In this document: positions 1-11,779 of the stretch, piece by piece
Numbering within the stretch: position 1 is the first letter of the stretch
Layout: every line of letters starts with the position of its first letter
Assembly: GCA_009103225.1 (NCBI GenBank)
Contig: RHPI01002090.1
Coordinates: 1,101,932 to 1,165,931 of the forward strand
From: Chlorokybus atmophyticus
Lineage: Eukaryota; Plantae; Mesostigma and Chlorokybus algae
DNA: 64,000 bases
Direction: 5' to 3'
Translations under genes and position numbers: made by a program
Notes under the pieces: generated by a model
Database searches by the model: none
Seen by the model: only the letters and a program-made list of their open reading frames with translations
Told to the model about the DNA's origin: nothing

Positions 1-21
1 GCACTTCCATGCTGCACTTAC

Positions 22-135
22 TGCGCTGCTCCACACGTGAAGGGCACCCAGTGTCAAGGCACGCTCTATCACATATGCAATGCACTGGGGCATCAAGTCG
101 TCTAGGTTGGTTTCAAGCATAGTCAAAGTCTCGAC
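22..135 (-). CDS. larC: Exon of a LarC/DUF111-like (nickel-pincer cofactor nickel insertase family) gene; gene continues off the left edge
   Basis: AG-flanked exon (acceptor at 137-136, GTAAGT donor at 21-16) encodes VETLTMLETNLDDLMPQCIAYVIERALTLGALHVWSSA, matching the LarC motif ETN(I/L)DD..P....Y..ER....GALDVW. Upstream exons are not resolved. Confidence 0.6.
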
Positions 136-1713
136 CTTAGCAACCAGCAAGGGTTTTGTTGCCCGCCGAACGCACAACATCACAAGTAGTGCTAGATCAA
201 TTACTATTATTGGTAGCCCTGACAATGCTATGCCTTTCAACCAGTTTGCAATGCATAAAGCACTCAATGCAGTTTCTCACCAGCAAGTCGTCACCACTGC
301 TATGCATAGCAGCTATATCGATCTGAATTTGATCGCATGCAGCGGCGCGTACATTGCGGGCAGGACCATGCTGTCCTTTTTACAAGCATATAGTGGCTGA
401 GAGTCTAGTGCGGTAGAGAGGACACATCAACATTGGATGTGCATTGCTTGCTGGAATGATGCAATATGAACGACCCAGCGAGCACATGCAGGCTATGTGT
501 GCACTGCTGCAGTGTTGGATGCCTGAAGCGCCCAACGCAGCTGTGCGCGACAACATTGGGACACGCAAACTTAGCAGGTTCAGTCACCAGCAGATGCTGC
601 GGAGTTTTGTGCGGTCTTTACCTACCCGGGCGGAGCCTGCCACAGTCAGGCTGAGAACCACTTCACTACAAAAGCTACGCCTTGCAGTGCCAATGCATTT
701 TTGCTGCAATACTGCTGCAAATTCAACCCAAACGCGATAGACAGCTGCCCCAACCGGCGACACCTTTGCCACCGCCATCGCCGTCGCCGAGTGCCATGAC
801 GCGGAGCCTTGGATTGCGCTGCAGATCAAACTGCTTACGTGCAAGCGGTGGCCCTGTTTCAGTCAAGACGCCAGTGGGCCTTCCCCCTGCCAAAGCTTAT
901 GCCGGCCCGATCAGCGCTGAGAATGGTGGAATGGCCATCAGGCTGCGGTGGTCCGCCGGTGGACGAGTGAGCCATACTGCCATACTACGGTTGTCGACGT
1001 TGATATGGTTATAAGACATGATAGTTCCGACGGCGATGTAGCGCTGTGGATCAGTGTCGGTTGAGCGTGTTGTTCGGTCTGTACCACGCTGGCACCGGCT
1101 GTGATAGCGTGACAGATGCAGATTGTGCGATGTCAACTGCATATTAGAACGGGTGCTGCTAAATTACTATCGTCAGAACGTCGGTCACGGTACTAACAGC
1201 GCCGACCGACAGCACTGAACTCGCACTGATCAGGGCTGCGTTCAGCTGCGTTCACACAAGGTTCACCACATTTCACGGCCTACCTACGTCGCCGTGCTTC
1301 ATCGCGACCGTCCGTTTGCTTCAATCGTAGACTGGCATAAGCATCTTCTCATGGGCGTCTTGACTGGTTTCCCGCTCATGTGAGCCGTATGATACGACCG
1401 CTTGCTCGCCTAAACACTGACATGCGGCGACCTGCGGTGGCAGTGCTTCGCCTAAAAGGTTGTTGCATTTTCCAATTGTGTGCGTTTGTTTCGGCTCGCC
1501 CCCAAGCGGCGGCGGCGGCGGCGGCGGCGGAGGGAGGGAGGCCCGTGTGTCAAGCTTGTTGCTTCTACACAACATATTGTTTGTAATCTATGGCGAGTAA
1601 AGTTGTACTTACTTTGTCGCTGGTAGCGGACTGCGCTCCCATGTGACGTGTGCCGCAATGAGCGTCAGTGGCACTGAGTAGCAGTTGGGGTGATTGAGTG
1701 AGCTGTAAGAGGA

Positions 1714-4700
1714 ATGACGAACGGGATGCTCCATGGGGCGTACGTGGACTCTTACACTCTGGAGCACGCACGCAAGAAAACCAAGGTAACACGTCACTCA
1801 ATGCAGCATACACGTACTCAATCACACAAGTCACAAGCTACTCTGCACAAACAAAAAATTATGTTGCGCTGCTTATATGAAGCACAGCATACACCATTGT
1901 TTGGGTAACGTGTAATTTACCCTAACTTTGTGCTAGTATTGGATGCCACTGTACATAAACCGGAAGGGCGAAGGTCTCACGTGGTGGTGACTGCAGCAAG
2001 CGCACATGGCTAGCTGGATGCGTCCTGACACACACTAGGCATTGCGGCTAGTCAGTGCTGATGTCCTGTCACATCATCAACAACAATGCATCGAACAAGC
2101 ACAGACATGACATGCGTTCATGATGAGGTGCAACAATGCTCCCTGCACAATGCAACAAGTTGAACTGGATGTTGCAATCCTGTCATGCGTCGATCAAACA
2201 CTACCTGAAACCCCAATGCAACACCCCGTGTTGAATAGAACTAATGCCAACACACTGTCCAGCGCAGGCTCCGCCAACATGTTTCGACCCTGCGCGGCTG
2301 CTGACGGACCGCGCGGCGTACATCGCGTACCTTGAGGCGCAGATGGACCGTCTTGCGCGCGCGTGCGAGCGTCACTCAGGCGACGCGCAGGCCCATGCGC
2401 AGCTGGACGAACGCGTGAGCGGCCTCGCGCGAGTTGTCAAGGTCGCGCAGTCCTATGCCGAGGAGTGCGAGCGCACACACTCCAAGGCCTTAGCATCCAT
2501 ACACCGCCGCATCAAACACCTGGAGAATGAATCAATCTCCCAGGTACACATGCGTGAATTTCTCTCAGGCCCTCCATTCTAAATAACTTCTCACGTGTTG
2601 TAACACAACACACGTTCGGCCATTGCTATAACCACGTGTCTGTGTAGTTGGACGGGGCGCAGAGGGGCGAGTTCGACCGTCGTGTGGAGGAGGCGCTGAC
2701 GGCCGCTTTGGATCGAACACTTGATGAGACGAGTGCGGGTGAGGCCGAGGCCGAGAAGGCCAATCAGTCACGACCTTGGCACGCTCTTGATCGTAAGCTC
2801 GTGGATCTCGTGGACCGCGCCGTTCGCAACGCACTCCCACAACACGTCCAGGCCGTCCAACAGCACGCGGAGTAGGTCAAGCATGTACTCGTGCACTGGC
2901 TGATTGAACCTAACCCAACACAACCACAACACTCACGCACTCAACAGGGAGGAAGCAGCCAAGAGTCAACAGCGCGAGCGTGAGCAGCAGGACGAGCGGC
3001 TCCGTGCACTGGAGGAGCGACTAAGCGAACGCATCGAGCGTGCTACCGAGGGTACCGCTGCCACCGTCTACAAAGAGAGCATGGTGAGTCTAGTCATGTG
3101 CGAGGTCACGTGCGAATCTTGTGGATGCAATGGGTTGTTGACTGGTGGTATCGTGTTCGGGGGTCAGGAGCGTGTGGAGCAGATGGATGAGGCGCTTGAG
3201 AGTGTTCGGCGGCACAGTGCGGAGGTGTGTATAGAGCTGTGGTTGCGAGTGAGTTGTTGGTTGGCTTGTTGATGGGTGTCGAGCAGATGCAGCGCAGCGT
3301 GGAGTGCCTGCACATGCTTGAGCAGATGCAGGAGCAGACCGCCCAGCAGCTGCAGACTCTTGCAGAGGTACATGTCTTTGGGATTCACATACTGCATTAG
3401 GGATGTCATCGACGTGCACGACATATCAACATTGCAAGCACATACAATCCACACTTGTGCCTGAAGGAGCAAAGCGAGCTGCGTGCAAGGGTGACTGACA
3501 GCAGAGGTCACCACCACCAGCGTGCCAAGAAGGAGGGCTTCTACCACACTTCTCGGCACACTCAAAGGTAATGGTAGTTGTTGCGGACAGGTTGGCAAGG
3601 CGTTCATGCATGTCTCACCTCACGTGCAACCGCTGCAGGTTCCAACAGGATGGAGCACAAAGGCGCAGCGGTTCGCATGAGGCATGTTTATGTACTTGGC
3701 CATGTTTGTAGCATTAACCATGTGCTTGCAGTGACACGTGTCTGCAGAACTGACGAGCTCTGTGTGCGTGCCAGAGGGCGGCGCGAGGTGATGACAATGA
3801 CAGCGCAGCAGAAACAGACTCACCCTCAACGTAAGACACTTGAAAGCAATTGAATTGCCTGTTCACGCAGTCATGGCACATCCTTAATTGCACAACAGAA
3901 GTATGTGTAAACCTCTTATACAACATGCCTCGCAACTGCAGGGGCCCGGAAGCCTCGCCATCATTGCAGCTGGACCGTCTTGCAAGACTGGTGGAACGCG
4001 TGCAGAACCAGCTGGCCAGTCAGGTGCGTACAGATTGTAAATGCCAGCTGATTGCTTACTTTACGCTGATGCGCACTCATCCCGCTCACAGGCAGCTGCG
4101 GTCCAGCAGATAGAAAACGGCTTCAGCAAGGTTTGCTCGTCATTGTACTGACTTGGGGTTGCATCAGTGCGCTATAGCCATCACAGTTACATGCAGTTTG
4201 GGGTGCATGCAATCGCTCACCTGTTTTTGTGCTGCATTTTAACGCTGGTCTCCTGGCAGTTCCAAAGCGTTGTGAGCGCAAGGAAAGATGGTGCGGATGG
4301 CTTTCACGACTTCTCACGCAACGCGCTGGATGGGCTGGAGCAGAGGTATCATGCTTCTCCTGCTAATGGTTGGTTGCACTAACTTGACGGAGCTGAAACT
4401 AGCAGTCCTACCAGGACCATGTTGTTGATGCTGGCAGAAATTGTATAATATTGGAGCACATGGTGTGGTTGCGCCATGCAGGCTACGCAGTGCGATCGGT
4501 GGCGTGGAGAGGGAGGTGAAGCTGCAGAGGAAACGCACAGACATCTTCCAAGACTGCTTTGAGGACCTCACTGCCCGGGTCACCCAGCTTGACGGTGCGC
4601 ACCGTTTAGTAGAGCATCTGTCTCTGGTCGATGGTGTATTGACGTGCCTGTTGTTGCGCTAGCAGCCAACCGAAGGCCAGCAAGTGCGCGCGTACGCATC

Positions 4701-5451
4701 CGCGTGCCAACAGCGAGATCGCCCACCGTGTCCTCGGCACTGCGCGCCAAGACCCCTGCGGTGTACCTTTCAGGTCAGTCTCGAGAACGGCTGTCGAGCA
4801 GACGCATGCGTACACAGTTGGCAACAACCATTGCAATCTTGAGCAGAGATGGATGCACATTGTTTCAGCTCCTCTCCACCAAGACCGCGGTCTGCTGGAC
4901 CAAAGGACAGGTAGGCAGCACTTGTGAATGGCATTGAAGGTTGTGGTCAATCTGATGGCATCTGCATGTGTGACTGCACTGACGCATAGATGCTAAGATA
5001 TCACTTGGCAGAGGGAAAGCGCAGTACGAAGAGCGCAAGGCAAGGCTTAAAGAGGTGTGTGGCGTGTAAACCTACTATCTGTGTCAATTACAACCACTGC
5101 ACTGTGCATGTGCTGGATTGCATGCAGTTGTGCATCACTAACCCTACTGCCTTGCTTATTATGCATGCGAATCCAAACTCAGGCATGTGTGTACTTGTAG
5201 TCGCAACAACTGCACCTTTATACATAGTACTCTATCCTCGCTGAACAACCAGGTTGCCAGCTGCTCATGTGTGCTGGCTCATAGCCAATCATCACGAGTG
5301 TTACGCGAAGAACAAGCAAGCGAGCATTTCCAATGACACAGTTGCTTTTCCGCACTGCTCCTACAACCACTAAAGCCAGTCCCATGTGTAGCTGTATGCA
5401 GAGCTGGAAGAGCTCGAGACAAGCGAACGAGAGCGCAGCTGGCAACCCTAA
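1714..5451 (+). CDS. Multi-exon coiled-coil protein of unknown function (roughly 15 short exons)
   Basis: Phase-compatible GT-AG exons: MTNGMLHGAY...KKTK | APPTCFDPARLLTDRAAYIAYLEAQMDRL... | LDGAQRGEFDRRVEEAL... | EEAAKSQQREREQQDERLRALEERL... ending RGKAQYEERKARLKE | LYAELEELETSERERSWQP*. Some internal exon phases are not fully verified. Confidence 0.7.
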
Positions 5452-5553
5452 TAGAACAACCTTCGTCACATGAACTAGTAGCCAATAACCCTACCTAGTT
5501 TCTGCTACCTATCTTGTGCAATTGCACACGATACTGGGAATGTACAAGATGTA

Positions 5554-7098
5554 TCACCTGCTAGACTGCCTGCTCTCCAAGCTGCAGCCATCCTCATCGC
5601 AACCAACGACTCCATTTGGAGACCGCGAATCTGCATCACCCTTTGCATCTTCTCTGTTGGCTCGCCTCAGCGCCAACACTTGATCCATGGAGCCCCTCCC
5701 TGCCAGACACAACATGCATACATATGCGTCAGTAGTGTCACACTTCACAATCACGAACCAGTTATGACAAGGACAGCTCAACAACCTTACCAGTGACTTG
5801 CATGCGGTACTTGGCCCACAGCGAGTACACGCTCTCAGCAAAGTCTCCAACGACTTTGTTCTTTGTAATGGCATACACCCAGCCAAGGCCCACCAGCTCG
5901 TACAGTGAACGGAACACCTCCACATTGGTTATGACAGTGCCATCGCGCTTGATGGCGTGGATCTGAGCACACACAAACCGCAAGGTGACGGTGATGCCCT
6001 AAGACAACAACATAACACTCGAGAGAGCACGTATGCCAAGCCAACTTCCACTGCACCACTGCACACTGTGCCTTATATTTCCGCTCACATTGCGGCATTA
6101 TCACACACGTGCAATGCTCACCTTTCCCATAGCAGTTTCAAAGTCGATGCCAGCGTTCTGGGCGGGGTCGTAGTCGGCTGTGGAGATGTCCACGAAGGCG
6201 ATCCTGCCGTGGGGTGCGTCGCGCCTGCGCAGCATGTCCACCTCCCGCATGCACAGCGGGCAGTCGCCGTCGTACAACATCTTCACCTCCCATGCAGGTT
6301 CGGAAGCTACCATCAATGCTGATGATGAGGACGACGATGAGGACGAGGCTGAAGCGGGAGCCTCCTCAACCTGCGCCAATTGTGCGCTCGTCGCCTGCAC
6401 GCCTTGGCTCAAGCGCCTACAGATTGGAGCAAACCACGCGCAACTTGAGTACACACCATCACACATAATCCACTGACTGCCCAACGAGCGTACGCACAGT
6501 GAAGCAGCATAGCGCACAATTTATGTGCTGACAAACCCGTCAGTTGTGAGATCAGNNNNNNNNNNNNNNNNNNNNNNNNNNNNNNNNNNNNNNNNNNNNN
6601 NNNNNNNNNNNNNNNNNNNNNNNNNNNNNNNNNNNNNNNNNNNNNNNNNNNNNNNNNNNNNNNNNNNNNNNNNNNNNNNNNNNNNNNNNNNNNNNNNNNN
6701 NNNNNNNNNNNNNNNNNNNNNNNNNNNNNNNNNNNNNNNNNNNNNNNNNNNNNNNNNNNNNNNNNNNNNNNNNNNNNNNNNNNNNNNNNNNNNNNNNNNN
6801 NNNNNNNNNNNNNNNNNNNNNNNNNNNNNNNNNNNNNNNNNNNNNNNNNNNNNNNNNNNNNNNNNNNNNNNGGGGGGGAGACTTGCGCCTACCTTACTCG
6901 CCGGTGCTTGTGCATCAACAGCAGCGGTTGCTGCGCAGAGGCCACGCGAAGCAACCGAGGGTGCTGGTGCGGTGTCAGCTTTGCGGCTGCGAGGGAAGAA
7001 CGACAAGCTGGGCGGCTCAGTGCTGTCGCCCTCGCGACGCCGGCGCGGCAGCTGGCGGCCGCAGCCCGCGCCGCTGCCAACGACAGTGACGACGACAT
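5554..7098 (-). CDS. DCC1-like thiol-disulfide oxidoreductase (DUF393), probably organelle-targeted
   Basis: Signature KMLYDGDCPLCMREV followed by IAFVDIS...DFETAMGK | IHAIKRDGTVITNVEVFRSLYELVGLGWVY. First exon (7098 to about 6893) is Ala/Arg/Ser-rich like a transit peptide and splices across the N gap. Confidence 0.85.
6556..6871. other. Assembly gap (N run) in the first intron of the DCC gene
   Basis: Run of N. Confidence 0.99.
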
Positions 7099-8277
7099 CG
7101 TGGATGTATCCTTCCTGCACAAGAGTTTGAGACATGCCCGGTGGCAAACAGAATGATCATTGTGTCAAGATCGGCTCAATGAGACTTGTGCATGCGGCCT
7201 TCGATGAACCACACACACACCACAGGACAGAGACAGCGGCACGAGAGACTACGCTTCAGCACTGCATGCTACAACCAAAACGCTGGTTGGCGAGCCAACA
7301 TAGGCAGGCGGGCACGCAATCAGGCAGACAGACTGCAGCTTGTTGCATGTGCTGTACTTCTGCGCAAAGCGCGCAAGATGCCTTGAGGCGATAAGCACCA
7401 TGCAAAGCTGAGAAACTGACGCATGTTCTGTCCGCTATGACTGTCTGTGCCTTTAAAGACAACCACAACAACTCACCATATATCGGCATGTTGCAGTCTG
7501 CTCTAAATCTACCACAACAACGCAACCGCATCAACCGCAGTACACTAGACGGGTTGATGATGTTACAGCAGCTAGTACTGTGAACCATGTGGTGGGTCCG
7601 TGGTCAACAACTCAAGGCAACAACACGCTCGCGATGCTCGCGTGATGATCCAGTAGCAGCCTGCCAAAGCAGAGTGTGCATCTCACCTGGCTCAGCAGCC
7701 AAGCCCAGACGTCACTGTATGATACCGGTAGCTAGCTAGAGCAAGTGCGCTTCCTCAACATTCGCCTCCGTCGCCGCCCCGACCACGGTCAGTGCTGAGC
7801 TGGATCTGTGCCCGCCATTGTGGGGCGCTGGCAGTCGGCCACGTCGACAGGGAGCGTGTGCCTGAAAGTTGTTATTACACAAGGGTCATGAATGAGTCAG
7901 GAATTCTCGTCCACTTTTGAAATTGGTGATACCCAATGCGACTTCTTCTTTGTTGGGCAAAAGTGACTGGTGGACATAGTCAAAGAGCGCCCTGAGCTTG
8001 TAAATAAGTAGAAGTGCTAGCCATGTATCAACGCTGAAATGATAATATATATACAACGATCAAATCCCTTCAAGACATCACATATTACATGCACGTTGAA
8101 ATAAATTAAGTTGATAAGTTCACATGACATGGTACCATGTTTTGTAATACGTTCTTTTTCAATTGATTTCTCTATAATTGTACAAAAGTAGAATTGTGGT
8201 TGGTCCTCCGATGTTAAACACATTAACGCCAATGAATTAACTGCAAACTGATACCAGACATTGGATGTAACGAAACT

Positions 8278-8332
8278 CCCCCCCCCCCCCTCCCTCTCTC
8301 CCTCCCCCTCTCTCCGTTGTCCCCTCCTCTCC
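8278..8332 (+). repeat. Poly-C / (CT)n pyrimidine tract
   Basis: ccccccccccccc tccctctctccctccccctctctcc. Confidence 0.85.
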
Positions 8333-8697
8333 CACGCAGGCACGCATGCGCACACATACTCACCAGCATAGTTCAAGAGTCCACCTACGCACAACCACAA
8401 CCAGTGCCTCCAACAGCAACAACAAAAGTAATGGTTGCCATAAGCAGCACCAGTCGTCGCAAGCAGCACATGTGCATGCGCATACGCTCAGGAGGTGGAT
8501 GCATCCGCGACAGTCGTGTGAAGGTTTGTAATGTGCATCTATAAGTGGTAACCGATCTGGAGATCAGACTTTAGAGGGAGTTTTTAAGTTTGCACATTGA
8601 AAGTGAAATGAGTACCGGACAATTCTGAGGCAAGGTTGACGGCAGCAATGTGTACGTAATGAGATTTTCGGACATAAGCTATGGTATGATGTACCAG

Positions 8698-8724
8698 TAT
8701 ATCTTACTTGCTGAAGTACAAGTA

Positions 8725-8762
<38 letters not shown>

Positions 8763-8777
8763 TGTACTTCAGCAAGT
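8698..8777. repeat. Nested palindrome around an (AT)17 core
   Basis: acttgctgaagtacaag (8706-8722) is inverted at 8761-8777 around (AT)17 (8727-8760). The left half is itself a hairpin, atatcttacttg / caagtaagatat. Confidence 0.9.
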
Positions 8778-8889
8778 TTTAGCTGCTGTTGGGTGTATGC
8801 GAGTTATCATTGCCATATTATGTATGCTATGCGAGTACGGTGTTACTTGCGTGTGCGTTATCCACCTTATGTAAAATTGCCGGCTTCAT

Positions 8890-10167
8890 GTCAATCAATG
8901 CCGCGTTGAGTCATATACCGAGTTTGAAACATAAGCAAAAATGAGCGCGCAGAAGTGGCAATTACTATATTAAGTGTCAAGTTGTAGTGTGGATATTTTG
9001 CAAATCCGAATTGCCGCTCATGCGTCAAGTAGCTACACCAAGCATACATTGACTCCTCTACATGTCTATGACTATTGGATTCCGGTTTACGTAGGTAAAA
9101 CTGATATATGCGCAATTTTCGTACATATATACGTCATATATACGTCGTAAGTTGTAAGTATTAACATGCCATTCAATATTCTTAAAGATCTTTGGAGGCA
9201 CATGCATGCTGTAACATATATGTGGCGAGGCTGCATGAATGCTGTCAGGAGAGAGGGTGTGCCCCTCCTCCCTTTAATCCCCTACCCCAACACCACCACC
9301 AGCCTCGCCGCCGCCGCCACTGCCGGGGCAGTTGCCAGAGCAAAAGATGCTCTGGCTATGGCGGCCGCTGCGTTAGCAGCGCCGCCATGCAGCTGATATC
9401 CACATGAGACTCATGTCTCATGTCGATATCAGTGTTATAGTTAAGTAACACTACATTAGGGCCTTAACACTAGGTTAACGGCCCTACGAAGGCTTAATAG
9501 GCTGTATAATCCCGTTGGGACCCTTATTTAATCCTAAATAAGGGCGGGGAACCTCTATGGAGGTAGCACACCGTTACATTCCCCCCCACTTAGGTTTCAA
9601 TAGGTGGCCTCAGTAGGTGGCCTCTTTACGATGCGCATCAGCTTGGGCTTTTTGTCTGTCGTGCGCTGCGCGCAGACAGTCTTTTGCCAACGCTAACCTA
9701 TCCTGCATGGCCGAAGCCATCTCGCGCGCTGCAGGTACGCGAGTCACGTCAGTAGCGGGCAACTTAATGTTCGCAGGACTTAGTGGATGCACTCCGTAAT
9801 TCAAGAAGAACGGAGTCTCCTGCACACTCTCTTGCCATGCATTATTGATCGCAAATTCAGCCATTGGGAGATAAATATCCTAATCACTCTGATTCGGGCT
9901 CACATAATGCCGGATGGTTTCCTCAATCACTTGATTGGCGCGTTCTGTTTGACCATCCGTCTGTGGATGGTAAGCAGTGCTCATGTTCTGCTGAATGTGT
10001 AAGAAGCTGCATAGCGACTTCCAAAACTGAGCCACAAATCGCGGATCGCGATCTGACACGAAGTTGCGGGGCAAGCCATGCAACTTGAACACAGACGCGA
10101 CAAAAACCATCGCCAACTCACGGGAGCCTATCTCCGTGCGACAAGGGACAATGTGGACCATTTTTGT
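8890..10167. repeat. Second copy of 11060-12337: host flank, Gypsy 3' LTR (9243-9578) and integrase end
   Basis: Near-identical at an offset of 2170 bp, with four differences seen (9626, 9661, 9781, 9881). Ends at the N gap. Confidence 0.95.
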
Positions 10168-11059
10168 NNNNNNNNNNNNNNNNNNNNNNNNNNNNNNNNN
10201 NNNNNNNNNNNNNNNNNNNNNNNNNNNNNNNNNNNNNNNNNNNNNNNNNNNNNNNNNNNNNNNNNNNNNNNNNNNNNNNNNNNNNNNNNNNNNNNNNNNN
10301 NNNNNNNNNNNNNNNNNNNNNNNNNNNNNNNNNNNNNNNNNNNNNNNNNNNNNNNNNNNNNNNNNNNNNNNNNNNNNNNNNNNNNNNNNNNNNNNNNNNN
10401 NNNNNNNNNNNNNNNNNNNNNNNNNNNNNNNNNNNNNNNNNNNNNNNNNNNNNNNNNNNNNNNNNNNNNNNNNNNNNNNNNNNNNNNNNNNNNNNNNNNN
10501 NNNNNNNNNNNNNNNNNNNNNNNNNNNNNNNNNNNNNNNNNNNNNNNNNNNNNNNNNNNNNNNNNNNNNNNNNNNNNNNNNNNNNNNNNNNNNNNNNNNN
10601 NNNNNNNNNNNNNNNNNNNNNNNNNNNNNNNNNNNNNNNNNNNNNNNNNNNNNNNNNNNNNNNNNNNNNNNNNNNNNNNNNNNNNNNNNNNNNNNNNNNN
10701 NNNNNNNNNNNNNNNNNNNNNNNNNNNNNNNNNNNNNNNNNNNNNNNNNNNNNNNNNNNNNNNNNNNNNNNNNNNNNNNNNNNNNNNNNNNNNNNNNNNN
10801 NNNNNNNNNNNNNNNNNNNNNNNNNNNNNNNNNNNNNNNNNNNNNNNNNNNNNNNNNNNNNNNNNNNNNNNNNNNNNNNNNNNNNNNNNNNNNNNNNNNN
10901 NNNNNNNNNNNNNNNNNNNNNNNNNNNNNNNNNNNNNNNNNNNNNNNNNNNNNNNNNNNNNNNNNNNNNNNNNNNNNNNNNNNNNNNNNNNNNNNNNNNN
11001 NNNNNNNNNNNNNNNNNNNNNNNNNNNNNNNNNNNNNNNNNNNNNNNNNNNNNNNNNNN
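10168..11059. other. Assembly gap (N run)
   Basis: Run of N. Confidence 0.99.
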
Positions 11060-11412
11060 GTCAATCAATGCCGCGTTGAGTCATATACCGAGTTTGAAAC
11101 ATAAGCAAAAATGAGCGCGCAGAAGTGGCAATTACTATATTAAGTGTCAAGTTGTAGTGTGGATATTTTGCAAATCCGAATTGCCGCTCATGCGTCAAGT
11201 AGCTACACCAAGCATACATTGACTCCTCTACATGTCTATGACTATTGGATTCCGGTTTACGTAGGTAAAACTGATATATGCGCAATTTTCGTACATATAT
11301 ACGTCATATATACGTCGTAAGTTGTAAGTATTAACATGCCATTCAATATTCTTAAAGATCTTTGGAGGCACATGCATGCTGTAACATATATGTGGCGAGG
11401 CTGCATGAATGC

Positions 11413-11748
11413 TGTCAGGAGAGAGGGTGTGCCCCTCCTCCCTTTAATCCCCTACCCCAACACCACCACCAGCCTCGCCGCCGCCGCCACTGCCGGGGCA
11501 GTTGCCAGAGCAAAAGATGCTCTGGCTATGGCGGCCGCTGCGTTAGCAGCGCCGCCATGCAGCTGATATCCACATGAGACTCATGTCTCATGTCGATATC
11601 AGTGTTATAGTTAAGTAACACTACATTAGGGCCTTAACACTAGGTTAACGGCCCTACGAAGGCTTAATAGGCTGTATAATCCCGTTGGGACCCTTATTTA
11701 ATCCTAAATAAGGGCGGGGAACCTCTATGGAGGTAGCACACCGTTACA
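11413..11748 (-). repeat. 3' LTR (336 bp)
   Basis: TGTAACGG...CCTGACA on the minus strand; canonical TG...CA ends. Confidence 0.95.
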
Positions 11749-11761
11749 TTCCCCCCCACTT
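11749..11761 (-). promoter_or_regulatory. Polypurine tract
   Basis: AAGTGGGGGGGAA directly before the 3' LTR on the minus strand. Confidence 0.9.
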
Positions 11762-11779
11762 AGGTTTCAATAGGTGGCC

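Noticed and set aside
2866-2880. In-frame TAG in a coding exon, suggesting TAG=Gln reassignment as in some ulvophytes
   Set aside because: The TAG overlaps a splice donor (GA|GTAGGT) that is phase-compatible with the next exon, and TAG/TAA serve as normal stops in VHA-F and other genes.
9880-11114. Long ORFs spanning N runs (also 6521-7147 and 49604-50392)
   Set aside because: Artefacts of translating assembly gaps.
11633-11646. TTAACACTAGG shared between the LTR and the MITE left junction
   Set aside because: An 11-bp match is compatible with chance and there is no other shared structure.
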